Source: an uncultured Gemmatimonadales bacterium (lineage in GTDB: Bacteria; Gemmatimonadota; Gemmatimonadetes; Longimicrobiales; Longimicrobiaceae). Taken from it: a stretch of 64,000 nt of DNA. Positions within the stretch are counted from its first letter, which is position 1, and each line of letters begins with the position of its first letter. Location of the stretch: the NCBI GenBank assembly GCA_963716255.1, contig OY970303.1, positions 5,664,001 through 5,728,000 of the forward strand. Reading direction: 5' to 3'. Made by a program: the position numbers and the translations under genes. This document shows, piece by piece, positions 17,603-27,443 of this stretch. The notes beneath the pieces are model-generated. The model was not told where the DNA came from. It was given only the letters and a program-made list of their open reading frames with translations, and did no database searches.

Positions 17603-18377
17603 ACGGCCGCGACATGGGCGGATAGTCCGCCCCCGGCTGAAAGGCCAGCGGCTCGTCCAGCGCCGCGCGGTACGCCGCCGCGTCGATCTCCCCCGCATCC
17701 AGCATGCTCCGGAGCACCTCGTTCCGGCGCGCCCCCACCGCCCCCGGCGCCCGCTCCGGGTCCTCGATGCGCGGGCGCAGCAGGAGTCCCGCCAGCGTCG
17801 CCGTCTCCCCCAGCGTCAGCTGCCGCGGGTCCTTCTGGAAGAACTCGCGCGCCGCGTGGAACACCCCGTACACCGGGTAGCGCCCGCTCCTCCCGAAGTA
17901 GACGCGGTTCAGGTACAATTCCAGCAGGTCGCGGCGGGAAACGCGGTTCTCCAGCAGCGGCGCCATCAGCAGGCCGCGCGCTTCGCCGGGGAGGTCGTCG
18001 CCCAGCAGGTGCACCTGCTGCACCAGGTCGCGCGGCAGGGTGACGCCCGGCGCGTCGGTGTCCAGCGGCTCGCGCGCGGGGAAGCCCGGGTCCACCACCG
18101 CCACCACCATGCGCGGCAGGGCGGGGGGGAGCCGGTCCAGCGCCACCCAGTCCGGGCGCCGCTCCGCCTCGGCGCGCTGCCGGAGGATGCCCCCGCGGAC
18201 CTGGCGGTCCATCTCCCACCCGAACCCCACCACCCCGCCCAGGAGCAGGAACCCGAGCGCCAGCAGGAACAGGATCTCCTTGCGGCGCTCCCCCTGCGGC
18301 GACCCCGGCGCCGGGCGGCGCGCCCAGCGCCCCGGCCTGGGCGCGCCGCCGAGGCGCTTCCCCTTCGCGGCCTTCAC
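17517..18377 (-). CDS. Monofunctional transglycosylase (GT51)-domain membrane protein with degenerate motifs
   Basis: TM anchor; LLELYLNRVYFG, YGV..AA..FF.K, LTLGE.ATLAGL, RRN.VL..M. Confidence 0.8.
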   Translation of the reverse strand: MKAAKGKRLGGAPRPGRWARRPAPGSPQGERRKEILFLLALGFLLLGGVVGFGWEMDRQVRGGILRQRAEAERRPDWVALDRLPPALPRMVVAVVDPGFPAREPLDTDAPGVTLPRDLVQQVHLLGDDLPGEARGLLMAPLLENRVSRRDLLELYLNRVYFGRSGRYPVYGVFHAAREFFQKDPRQLTLGETATLAGLLLRPRIEDPERAPGAVGARRNEVLRSMLDAGEIDAAAYRAALDEPLAFQPGADYPPMSRPFRWEEPVPVMRLPAEPSRPDSARAQPEE

Positions 18378-18626
18378 GTTCGGTCTCCGCGGGGTGCCGC
18401 GCGTCGCAGGGTCGTCATCTCGGGCAGGTCTCTCCAGGTGGAAGTCGTGGCGGCCGGCCCGCGGCGGGTGGCGCGGCCGTCCCGGGGGGCGGGGCAAAAA
18501 CTATTCCCCGCACGCCTCCAAAGCGAGCCCCGGGGCCGGCTTCGCGGTTGCGGCGGGCGGGCCGTGCCGTTAGCGTTGAGGCTCCCCGGCCCGCCCGGGA
18601 GCCACCCGGCACGTCCGCAGGAACTC

Positions 18627-19883
18627 ATGGAGCAAACGTACTTTCGCCGCGGCTTCGGGCTCAAGCGCGCCATCGAGCCGCTGATCCAGGCCGACTATCA
18701 CAGCGGGCTCGTGGACCGTATCCGCGCCCGCGGCTACGAAGAAAGCTTCGGCGACGGCGACCTGCGGGTCACCGTGCGCCTGGCCGAGGAGTTCGGCTTC
18801 TGCTACGGCGTGGACCGTGCCGTGGACTACGCCTACGAGACACGCACCCAGTTCCCCGACCGGCGCATCTTCCTGGTGGGGGAGATCATCCACAACCCGC
18901 ACGTCAACCGGCGGCTGGTGGAGATGGGCGTCGTCTTCCTCTACGCCGACGCGCAGGGCGAGTTCGACTTTGCCGCCCTGACGCCCGAGGACGTGGTGAT
19001 CCTCCCCGCCTTCGGGGTGACGGTGGGCGACTTCGCGCGGCTCCGCGAGACCGGCTGCATCCTGGTGGACACCACCTGCGGCAGCGTGCTCAACGTGTGG
19101 AAGCGGGTGGAGCAGTACGCGCGCGACGGCTTCACCGCGCTGATCCACGGCAAGTACTACCACGAGGAGACACGCGCCACCGCCAGCCAGGTGTTCCGCC
19201 ACCCGGGCGGCGCGTTCGTCATCGTCCGCGACATGGCCGAGGCGCGGCTGGTGATGGACTACATCGAGGGCGCGCCGGCCGCCCTCCCGCGCGAGGCGTT
19301 CCTGGCGCACTTCCGCGACAAGGCGTCGCCCGGCTTCGACCCGGACGTGCACCTGGCCCGCATCGGCGTCGCCAACCAGACGACCATGCTCGCCGGCGAC
19401 TCGCTGGCCATCGGCGCCGAGGTCGCCGAGTCGCTGGAGCGCCGCTACGGCGCCGAGCCGGGGTACGCGCCCGGCGACCGCTTCCGCTCCTTCGACACCA
19501 TCTGCTCCGCCACCCAGGAGCGGCAGGACGCGGTGGTGAAGCTGGTGGCCGGGCCGCAGGGCCCGCCCGACCTGATGCTGGTGGTGGGCGGCTACAACTC
19601 GTCCAACACCAACCACCTGGCCGTTCTCTGCGCGCGCCACACCCCCACCTTCCACATCGCCGACGCCGGCTGCATCGACGCGGAGGCGGGGACCATCCGC
19701 TTCAAGCCCAACGGCAGCCCCTTCGACACCCCCGAGATGGTGGCGGAGGACTGGCTCCCTTCCGGCCCGGTGAGCATCGGGATCACGGCGGGCGCGTCCA
19801 CCCCCAACAACAAGGTGGGCGAGACGGTGGAGCTCATCCTGCGGACGCGCGGGATCGAGGCGGAGCTGGCCGCGGCGGTGTAG
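18627..19883 (+). CDS. ispH: 4-hydroxy-3-methylbut-2-enyl diphosphate reductase
   Basis: FGFCYGVDRAV, IIHNP, DTTC, DTICSATQERQ, GGYNSSNT, ITAGASTP. Confidence 0.96.
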   Translation: MEQTYFRRGFGLKRAIEPLIQADYHSGLVDRIRARGYEESFGDGDLRVTVRLAEEFGFCYGVDRAVDYAYETRTQFPDRRIFLVGEIIHNPHVNRRLVEMGVVFLYADAQGEFDFAALTPEDVVILPAFGVTVGDFARLRETGCILVDTTCGSVLNVWKRVEQYARDGFTALIHGKYYHEETRATASQVFRHPGGAFVIVRDMAEARLVMDYIEGAPAALPREAFLAHFRDKASPGFDPDVHLARIGVANQTTMLAGDSLAIGAEVAESLERRYGAEPGYAPGDRFRSFDTICSATQERQDAVVKLVAGPQGPPDLMLVVGGYNSSNTNHLAVLCARHTPTFHIADAGCIDAEAGTIRFKPNGSPFDTPEMVAEDWLPSGPVSIGITAGASTPNNKVGETVELILRTRGIEAELAAAV

Positions 19884-19976
19884 GCGCCGTTCCGGGCGGG
19901 CATGGACGGCGGCGGGGCGGCACCCTCACAAGGGTGCCGCCCCGCTTCGTATCGCCCGTGCTCCGGCCCCGACCGC

Positions 19977-21623
19977 CTAGACGACCGCTTCGGCGGCATC
20001 GTGCGGAGTCTCCGAGTGCGCGCCCCGCGCGCGCTCGGCCAGCTCCGGGTACAGCCGGCGGAAGATCTCGAAGAGGGCCGGGTCGAACGAGCCGTAGTCG
20101 TCCTCCATGATCGCGTAGGCCTGCTCCGGGGAGAGCGGCTTGCGATAGCTCCGCGCGGTGGTGAGCGCGTCGAAGATGTCGGCGATGCGGAGGATGCGGG
20201 CGGTGAAGGGGATCGCCTCTCCCACCAGGCGGTCGGGGTAGCCGGTGCCGTCCCAGCGCTCGTGGTGCGAGCGGACGATGGGGCGGATGTCCCAGGGGAA
20301 CTCCACCGGCGCCAGCATCTCGTCGCCGATCACCGTGTGCCGCTCCATGATCAGGCGCTCCTCGTCCGTGAGGCGCCCCGGCTTGTTCAGGATCTCGGCC
20401 GGGACCTCCATCTTTCCCACGTCGTGGAGGAAGGCCCCCATGCGGAACCAGGTGATGTCGTGCTCCGCGATCCCCGCCTCCTCCGCGATGCGGCAGGCGT
20501 AGTCGGCGACCCTCTGGCAGTGGCCGCCCGTGTACCGGTCCTTCGCCTCGATCGACTCGCCCCAGCTCCGCACCAGCGACAGGAAATCCCCTTCCAGCGT
20601 GGAGATGCGCCGCGTGACGTCGGCCTGGTCGTGCTGCGCCTGGAGGTTCTTGAACAGCGCGTGGGAGCGGTTCAGGGCGACCAGGGCCTCCCGGTTCTTG
20701 CCCTGCGCACGCAGCGCCAGACCGAGCTCCCGCTGCACTTCGGCCTCGAGGAGGGGGCCGTGGTTGGCCGCGAGCCGGATGGCCTGCCTGAGGTGGATCT
20801 CGGCGAGGTGAGGCTTGCCGGTCTCGCGATAGATGATCCCGTAGAACTTGAGCGCTTCGGACTTGCCGAAATCGTCGTTGAGACGACTCGAGATCTCGAA
20901 CCCTTCGTCACAGCTCGCCCGGGCCTTTTCCGGCTCTCCCAGCGCGAGAAACAGCTCCGTGCGGTTGATGTGGACGATGGCCGCGGTCGCGATCTCCCCG
21001 ACCCGGGAGCATAGCTCGAGGGCCCGCCGGAAGTAGCCGTCGGCCTCGTCCAGCTGGAGCAGGTCGACGTGCAGCATCCCCAGGTTGTTCAGGACTCTCG
21101 CCTGGCCCAGTTCGCTTCCGGGGTGCTCGCTTCCGACGCCCTCGCTTCCGGCGCGCTCCAGGTGGGCGAGGCCGGCGAGATAACGGCGAAGCGCCTCGTC
21201 GAGGTCGCCCTGGATGTTGGCGATGATCCCCAGGTTCTGCTCGATCTCGCCGAGCACGGTCTCGTTTCCCTGGCGGACCGCGTAGCTCCTGGCCATCAGG
21301 TACGTCTGCTTGGCCTCGTTGATCTCACCCTGGTTCTGCTGCAGGATCGCGATCCCGTTCAGGGCACGTCCGGCGAACAGGCAGTCCCCGCGGAGCTCGG
21401 CGATCTCGAACGCGAGACCGAAATATTCCTCCGCGACCTCGGCGATGCCGGCCTTGCGGTAGCAGTGCCCGAGACGCGTGATCACTTCCAGCAGGGCCTG
21501 TTCGTCCCGGGAAGCGATCGTCTGGCGGTATGCCAGCTCGTACGAAAGAATTGCGGGGCTCCATTGTCCGGCACGCTCCTCTACCGTGGCCCGGGCAATG
21601 AGGTTGGATGCTTCAGGGGTCAT
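19977..21623 (-). CDS. TPR-repeat HD-GYP cyclic-di-nucleotide phosphodiesterase
   Basis: Multiple TPRs (ALNGIA, QNLGII, LNNLGM); KDRYT.GH, LHDVGK, HHERWDGTGYP, IAD.FDALT..RSYR. Confidence 0.92.
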   Translation of the reverse strand: MTPEASNLIARATVEERAGQWSPAILSYELAYRQTIASRDEQALLEVITRLGHCYRKAGIAEVAEEYFGLAFEIAELRGDCLFAGRALNGIAILQQNQGEINEAKQTYLMARSYAVRQGNETVLGEIEQNLGIIANIQGDLDEALRRYLAGLAHLERAGSEGVGSEHPGSELGQARVLNNLGMLHVDLLQLDEADGYFRRALELCSRVGEIATAAIVHINRTELFLALGEPEKARASCDEGFEISSRLNDDFGKSEALKFYGIIYRETGKPHLAEIHLRQAIRLAANHGPLLEAEVQRELGLALRAQGKNREALVALNRSHALFKNLQAQHDQADVTRRISTLEGDFLSLVRSWGESIEAKDRYTGGHCQRVADYACRIAEEAGIAEHDITWFRMGAFLHDVGKMEVPAEILNKPGRLTDEERLIMERHTVIGDEMLAPVEFPWDIRPIVRSHHERWDGTGYPDRLVGEAIPFTARILRIADIFDALTTARSYRKPLSPEQAYAIMEDDYGSFDPALFEIFRRLYPELAERARGAHSETPHDAAEAVV

Positions 21624-21719
21624 TAGGCTGCGAGTCTCCCCGCCGGTTTCGCAACAAAACGCGGCAGAGGGGCCCCCGCGATCCGGGTGCCCCTCCAGTG
21701 GAGACCGACTGGTGTTGCT

Positions 21720-22262
21720 TTACTGGCGATGCCCACCCACGAGATATCCGGAAAAGTGAGATAGACGGGCGCTCACCGTGGCGCCGCTCCGGTTCGAATC
21801 GCTCGGGAGAACTTCCAGAACCGAACCGGAAGGCGCTACGTAGAGTACCGCGAGCCGGTTGTACTGCTCGGTCGGGACGTCGCCGTAGTCGATCGTCAGC
21901 AGGGGACCGTTCCCGGCAGGGAAGTGCAGGCCTTCCGGCTGCAGGTCCACGCCCACGTAGCGGGTGTCCACCGTGGCGCTGATCCTGGTGGGGGCGCCGA
22001 GCGCTCCGGCCGGGAAGGTCAGCTTGTGCCCGCCGGGGATCTCCAGCGTTCCCCCTTCCGGCCCGATCACCTTGTCCGCACGCACGGCGCTGGCCTGGAT
22101 CCCGGTGGATCCGACGGCTTCCGGAAGCTCGAGCTTCTGGAAGTCGAGGACGGCATCCAGCCCCGCGTTGCTCGTGGGGGCCTGCTCGGTGCATCCACCG
22201 ATCGTGATGAGGATTCCGGCGGTGATCGCCGACAGGGCTGCACGCACGCGAAGCTTGGCCAT
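21720..22262 (-). CDS. Hypothetical lipoprotein (ZU5-like beta-sandwich)
   Basis: GGAGG RBS, lipobox IGGC, IGPEGGTL...L.FPAGAL, P.GL.F, HFS.Y ending. Confidence 0.75.
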   Translation of the reverse strand: MAKLRVRAALSAITAGILITIGGCTEQAPTSNAGLDAVLDFQKLELPEAVGSTGIQASAVRADKVIGPEGGTLEIPGGHKLTFPAGALGAPTRISATVDTRYVGVDLQPEGLHFPAGNGPLLTIDYGDVPTEQYNRLAVLYVAPSGSVLEVLPSDSNRSGATVSARLSHFSGYLVGGHRQ

Positions 22263-22409
22263 TCAGGCCTCCGTCAGGGGTGTGGTGATGGGGGAGGGAG
22301 GCGCCCAGAAAAAAGAGGAGCCCGGACGCGCCACCATTAAAGATCGTGTGGCAACACGTTAGCGAGCTCCGTCCACTGTGTCAATACTTTTCCCGCCAGA
22401 GACTAACAC

Positions 22410-22784
22410 CTAGTGGTGCGCCGAGCTTCCCGCCACACGGAAAAGGTGGTTAAACGTCGCGACGATGGCGCCCAGCCCGGCGATGGTGAGGAAGAAGCCG
22501 ACCAGCGAGTACCCCACGGCGGCGCCGTCCTGGTCGATGGCGCCCCACCGGCTCGCATTGGTGATGGAGAGCGCGGCCAGGGCCAGCAGCATGACCCCCA
22601 GCCCGCCGCCGACCGCCATCAGAACCATCTTGCTCATCTCGCCTCCCCCGGCGCCCGGCCGCTCGTAGTCATCGTTTCCGACGCTCCGGCCGGGGAGAAA
22701 GCCCCGGTCCCCCGCGCCGAACCAGTCCTTGTAGCGCCCGCGGACCGTGCCGAAGGTGCCCTCGCTGCCGGTGTTCGTCTTCAT
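22410..22784 (-). CDS. Small membrane protein, two TM helices (alternative start at 22637)
   Basis: ATGA overlap with the cytochrome c stop; two hydrophobic helices. Confidence 0.65.
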   Translation of the reverse strand: MKTNTGSEGTFGTVRGRYKDWFGAGDRGFLPGRSVGNDDYERPGAGGGEMSKMVLMAVGGGLGVMLLALAALSITNASRWGAIDQDGAAVGYSLVGFFLTIAGLGAIVATFNHLFRVAGSSAHH

Positions 22785-23305
22785 GCCCCGCCCCCCTGGT
22801 GGCTCAGTGCGTAGACGTACGCCGCGAGCGCGCGGATCTGCGGGTCCGTGAAGCTGCCGCCGCCCTTGGGGGGCATCGCGCCGGGGTGCTCCTTGGGGTT
22901 GGGAACGCCGCTGGTGATGATCTGCACGATCTCCGGGTACTGCCCGCCGATGTTGATCCACTGGTTGTCGTTCAGGGCGGGCGCGGCGGCGCCCCCGGTC
23001 CCGTTCGCCGCGTGGCAGGCCACGCACACCGTGCCGTACGCCTGCTGGCCCTCGTCCACCATGGCCTGCGTCACCCCCGCGGGGAGGTTGGTCGCCACCA
23101 GCTTGGTCACCGCGGCGCTCTGGCCGATCCCGGCGATCACGCGCGGGGGCGCCGGGAAGTCGGGCGGCGGCAGCTCCTCCTGCTCGCGGTGCGTCACCTT
23201 GTCGTAGCCGCCCTCCGGCAGACAGGCCGAGAGGGCGAAGAGCAGCGCCGGGGCCGCGCACACCACCGGGACCAGTCTCGCCCGGGCCCGAACCGCCTGT
23301 CGCAT
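22781..23305 (-). CDS. c-type cytochrome lipoprotein
   Basis: Lipobox LSAC, heme motif CVACH, axial Met in AMPPKGG. Confidence 0.9.
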   Translation of the reverse strand: MRQAVRARARLVPVVCAAPALLFALSACLPEGGYDKVTHREQEELPPPDFPAPPRVIAGIGQSAAVTKLVATNLPAGVTQAMVDEGQQAYGTVCVACHAANGTGGAAAPALNDNQWINIGGQYPEIVQIITSGVPNPKEHPGAMPPKGGGSFTDPQIRALAAYVYALSHQGGGA

Positions 23306-23457
23306 GCGTCTTCTCCTTTGGTATCCACGTCGCCAGCCGCACCGGCCGTCGCGCGGGCGCCGCCCGGCGGTGCCGGGCTCGCGGGCGCGGGGGTACGGTC
23401 AGAATCCGGGGTAAAAGAACGTGCGCCCGCCTATCCCGCAAGGGGGAGGCCGCGCGC

Positions 23458-23910
23458 TCAGGAGTCCTGCGCCGCGGCTTCGCGCGCGGCCCTCTTGAGC
23501 CGCTCCACCATGGCGTTGAGCCCCACTTCGCGCGTCCCCAGCCCGATCTTGCTCATCACCTGCCGCACGAAGTCGGGAGGGATGGCGAGGGTGGTCTGCG
23601 GCGGCTCGCCGTTGAGCGCCCCGAAGAGCATGGCGAGGAGGGCACGGATGGTGGGGGCGCCCTGCGGCACGTCGGCGTAGAAGTACATCTTCCCGTCCTG
23701 CACCTCCGAAAAGAGGGCGACCGGGGTCAGGCACTCGTGCACGCGGTGCTCCTCCGGGTCCAGAGCCCGGAAGCGCTCGGGGAGCGGAGGCAGCTTGTGC
23801 GCGTACTGCACCAGCGCCTGCGTCGCCATCTCCCGGCTCAGGGTGGAGAAGCGGTTCAGCAGCTTCTGGATCCCGGCGGGGACCTGGGAGGGCGGGGACG
23901 TGTCGGTCAT
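23458..23910 (-). CDS. sufE: SufE family Fe-S metabolism protein
   Basis: L..YA.KLPPLP, VHECLTPV, APTIR, R..GL.AM. Confidence 0.82.
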   Translation of the reverse strand: MTDTSPPSQVPAGIQKLLNRFSTLSREMATQALVQYAHKLPPLPERFRALDPEEHRVHECLTPVALFSEVQDGKMYFYADVPQGAPTIRALLAMLFGALNGEPPQTTLAIPPDFVRQVMSKIGLGTREVGLNAMVERLKRAAREAAAQDS

Positions 23911-23989
23911 GCGCGGGTCGCTCCGGGTGGCTCGTGTATGCAGCAAATATAGGCGGGGGGAGCCCGCGCCGCGACCACCCCGGGAGCGC

Positions 23990-24030
23990 AAAAAGAAGGC
24001 GGGCGGCCCCCGGTAGGGAGCCGCCCGCCG
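23990..24030 (-). terminator. Rho-independent terminator
   Basis: GGCGGGCGGC stem followed by a T-tract on the minus strand, downstream of the SGNH gene. Confidence 0.65.
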
Positions 24031-24053
24031 CCTGGAGCGTGCCGCGCCGCGCG

Positions 24054-25379
24054 TCAGATCCTGGGGATGCTGAGCTGGTGCTTGGCGTTGATCGCGTCGA
24101 CGAGCAGGTTGGCGATCACCACGTGCGCCTCGGACGACGGGTGGAACCCGTCGAACGAGATCAGCGACCCGAAGAAGTTGGGCGCCGCGAAGCCCGTGGT
24201 CGTCACCGGGCAGGAGGTGAGCACCGCGGTCTGGATCGTGGCCGCGCTGCCGGTCGCGAGCGCCGCCGGGAGCGCCTGGCACTTGCGCAGCCGCTGGTAG
24301 CGGCCCTGCGCGTCGCGCTCGGCGGAGAGCGTGGCGAGGATCGTGTTGGGATCCACGTAGATCCACCCGTTGGCCTGCGCGCGCTGCTGGAGCGCCGTGT
24401 TGAAGGCCGTCGTCCGGGCGGCGACGGCCGCCTGCTCCGTCACGTCCAGAAGGAGCGCGCCTCGGCGGGGGTCGCCCACGGGGTACGCGGCCGGGTCGCA
24501 GTTGAACTCCGGCAGGCTGGTGTTGGACACCACCTGGAAGGACAGCAGGTTCTGGCTCAGCGGGTTGGGCTGGCCCAGCGCGTTGACCGGCGAGCAGTTG
24601 GCGTTGACCGGCTTGCCCTGGAAGCGGCCGGCCGCGTCGCGCCCCAGGAAGAAGAAGGCGCCCGGCTGCAGCAGCGGGACCACGTTGGCGTTCACCACGC
24701 CGATCACCACCACGTCCTGGAGGGTGGGGATGGCCTTCAGCCCGGCGACGATCTGGTCCAGCGACGCGTTGAAGCTGGCCTCGGTGGTCAGCGCGGCGGC
24801 GTTGCCCGCCAGCACGGCGCCCAGCACGTCGTTGTTCCCCAGCCACATGGAGACCAGCGTGGGCTCCGCGCGCTGGGTGGCTTCCAGCATGCTCTGGCCG
24901 CCCAGGAAGAAGAACTGCAGGCGGTTGAAGGTGCCGGTGGCGTCGTTGCTGCGCGTCACCGTCAGCGCGTCGCCGATCACCGCGCCCGGGACCGCCACGT
25001 TCTGCACCACCGGCGCCACGGGGTTGGAGCGCAGCGAGCAGGGCGGCGCCGTGGCGCCGCCCAGCGACCCCGTGGTCCCGAGCGGGGCGAGGAAGGGGGG
25101 CGGGCACCCCGGCTTGTTGAGGAGCGGGACGTAGAACTGCGCGTTCGCCTGCTGCGCCAGCAGCACCGGGTACGCGCGCACCTGGGTGGAGTCGTTGATC
25201 CCGGCGGACTGGAAGCCGGCGGTGATGGAGTTCCCCATCGACACGTACCGGCCGAACAGGTCGCCGCCCAGCTGGGGGCCGACGATCTGGCGGATGTCCT
25301 GGTCGTCGGCGCGGCACCCCGCCACGAGCGGCAGGCCGGCCAGCGCGAGCGCCAGGGCGCGGAGCTTGGAGCGTCTCAT
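24054..25379 (-). CDS. SGNH/GDSL hydrolase family lipoprotein
   Basis: Lipobox LVAGC; GNSITAG, NVAVPG, GNND, DGFHP. Confidence 0.9.
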   Translation of the reverse strand: MRRSKLRALALALAGLPLVAGCRADDQDIRQIVGPQLGGDLFGRYVSMGNSITAGFQSAGINDSTQVRAYPVLLAQQANAQFYVPLLNKPGCPPPFLAPLGTTGSLGGATAPPCSLRSNPVAPVVQNVAVPGAVIGDALTVTRSNDATGTFNRLQFFFLGGQSMLEATQRAEPTLVSMWLGNNDVLGAVLAGNAAALTTEASFNASLDQIVAGLKAIPTLQDVVVIGVVNANVVPLLQPGAFFFLGRDAAGRFQGKPVNANCSPVNALGQPNPLSQNLLSFQVVSNTSLPEFNCDPAAYPVGDPRRGALLLDVTEQAAVAARTTAFNTALQQRAQANGWIYVDPNTILATLSAERDAQGRYQRLRKCQALPAALATGSAATIQTAVLTSCPVTTTGFAAPNFFGSLISFDGFHPSSEAHVVIANLLVDAINAKHQLSIPRI

Positions 25380-25419
25380 GTATGGCATCTCCCGTGATTG
25401 ATTCGCGACGCGTCTATGG

Positions 25420-26835
25420 TCAGCGGCTGCCGCCGAAGCGGTAGGAGAGCGTCACGTTGAAGACGCTCGCGTCCGCGTGGTACACCCCGACGTTGAGCTG
25501 CTGCGGCGTCTGGGCGAGGCTGCTCCGGCCGCGCACGCGGCCGCGGCGGTCCGCCTGGTCGATGAACTGGTAGCCCAGGTCCACCCCGAGCCCCATGGGG
25601 AGCCGGTAGCCGATGCCGGCCGAGTAGTAGTTGCGCTCGGCCTCCGGGATGAGCGGCGACACCGAGGCGGCCGTTTCCGCGGCGGTGTTGAAGATGAAGC
25701 CCGCCCGCAGCGCCAGCGCGTCCGTTGCGCCGAACTCGCCGCCGAAGCGGAAGGTGTTGGTGTTCTGGTAGTCCAGGATCAGCACCTGGTCCGGGCTGGA
25801 GGCGTTGTCGAACCCGATGGTGGCCTGGTCGAAGTCCTCCCAGGTGGTCCACTGGTAGTCGGCGAGCACCGTCAGGCGGTCCAGCGGGCGGAAGGCGATG
25901 CCCAGGACCAGCTGCGCCGGGAGCGTCAGCGTGGTGGCGATGTCGCCGTCCACCAGCGCGCCGGACACGAACTGCGAGGCGATCAGCGCGTCCACCGGGG
26001 CGCCCGCGGGCCCGTTCAGCGGGTTGCCGGCCGGAAGCGTCAGGCCGGTGGCCACCGGGGTGAAGTCCGCGTCGCCGTCGTAGTCGATCTCGGCGCTGTG
26101 CATGTAGCGCACGCCCAGCGACACCCGGTCGTTGACCCGGGCGGTGGCGCCCAGGTTGAAGGTGATGCCGGTGCCGTCGCCCGACAGCTTGACGTCCGCG
26201 AAGTCGGTGCCGCTGGGGACGCCCAGGTTGCCGAAGGTGATCGCCTGCCCCGGCACCGTGAGGGTGGCCAGGTCGGCGCGCTGGTTGATGTCCAGCGACG
26301 CCATCACCACGTCCAGCCCGGCGCCCAGCGACAGCCACGGCGTGGCCTGGAAGGCCACCGTGGGCTGGATGTAGATGTTCTTGAGCTGCGTGTGGTAGCT
26401 GACGTAGCGGCCCTCGAAGTTGACGTCGTCGCAGCGGGGCGTTTCCACGTCGCAGACCGGCCACTCCGAGGTGAGCCCGTACGGGTTGAAGGCCCCGATC
26501 CCGGCCGCGAAGCGCTGGCCCAGGCGGAACGAGGCGAACCCGAACGGCACCGACGCGGTGGATTCGTCGCGCTCGATCCTTTCCCCGGTGACGTCGTAGG
26601 TGAAGCTTCCCCCGGTGTGGATTCCCGTCCACCCCAGACCGACCACGCTCGGCTGGTTGGCGATGCCGGCGGGATTGAAGAGGATGGCCGACCCGTCATC
26701 GCACGGGCGCGCCACCCCCGCGGCACCCATCGAGGTGGCGCACGAGGAGTGGGTCTGGACCGCCGACCCCTGCGCGTGCGCGGACGCGGCGGACAGGGCC
26801 AGGGCGGCACCCGCGACAACAAGACTTCGTCTCAT
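25420..26835 (-). CDS. OmpP1/FadL family outer-membrane transporter
   Basis: Signal peptide; MGAAG.A..DD.SA..FNPAG, PYGL, beta-barrel strands ending YRF. Confidence 0.9.
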   Translation of the reverse strand: MRRSLVVAGAALALSAASAHAQGSAVQTHSSCATSMGAAGVARPCDDGSAILFNPAGIANQPSVVGLGWTGIHTGGSFTYDVTGERIERDESTASVPFGFASFRLGQRFAAGIGAFNPYGLTSEWPVCDVETPRCDDVNFEGRYVSYHTQLKNIYIQPTVAFQATPWLSLGAGLDVVMASLDINQRADLATLTVPGQAITFGNLGVPSGTDFADVKLSGDGTGITFNLGATARVNDRVSLGVRYMHSAEIDYDGDADFTPVATGLTLPAGNPLNGPAGAPVDALIASQFVSGALVDGDIATTLTLPAQLVLGIAFRPLDRLTVLADYQWTTWEDFDQATIGFDNASSPDQVLILDYQNTNTFRFGGEFGATDALALRAGFIFNTAAETAASVSPLIPEAERNYYSAGIGYRLPMGLGVDLGYQFIDQADRRGRVRGRSSLAQTPQQLNVGVYHADASVFNVTLSYRFGGSR

Positions 26836-27041
26836 ACGACTCTCCTGCTCGGATAGGAGGGGTGGAGCGGCCCGGGGGAGGCGCCGCGGGACGGGGATCG
26901 CCGGAAGTAAAAGGGAAGTGTAAAAAGTTTCCCCGCCAGGAGGAGCACGATACTGCCCCGCCGGGGCAGGGTCAAGGCGAGACGCCCACCGAAAACCCCG
27001 CGGCGCGCCTGGAAAAATCGCCCGCCGGGACTGAGCCGGGC

Positions 27042-27317
27042 TCAGTGGGTCGCCGCCACCACCAGCGTCCCGATCGCGTTCACCAGCGCCACCGTGTTCG
27101 CCGCGACGAAGATGCGGTTCCCGAGGCGCACGCTGTACACCAGGAAGAGCAGGCTTGCCAGCGTCTGCATGGCAAAGAATAGCGGATCCACCTGGCCGGG
27201 GCCGTCCACCAGGGCGCGCACGAAGGTGTAGGTGAGCGACCCCGCGAGCGCGAGGCAGGCGATCCATCCGGTCACCTGTACGGACCTGCGGTCCGAGGTG
27301 CGGCGCTTCGGGGGCAT
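27042..27317 (-). CDS. Small three-TM membrane protein (SemiSWEET/PQ-loop-like topology)
   Basis: GGAG RBS; three hydrophobic helices; ..Y....N..F..AN pattern. Confidence 0.6.
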   Translation of the reverse strand: MPPKRRTSDRRSVQVTGWIACLALAGSLTYTFVRALVDGPGQVDPLFFAMQTLASLLFLVYSVRLGNRIFVAANTVALVNAIGTLVVAATH

Positions 27318-27443
27318 GGTACTCCGTGGGGGCGGTCCCCGGCGCCACCCCGTCCGGGGCGCGGGCCATGGAACCGTTTCTGCATCCGGGCCGGGTGCGT
27401 TCTTCAGGGTTCGTGCCACGGACGTTTCTTCGCGGGGGCGGGA

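Noticed and set aside
22263..22337. 24-codon minus-strand uORF (MVARPGSSFFWAPP…) abutting the lipoprotein start
   Set aside because: There is no clear RBS or recognisable leader features, so it could be chance. Ribosome profiling would be needed.
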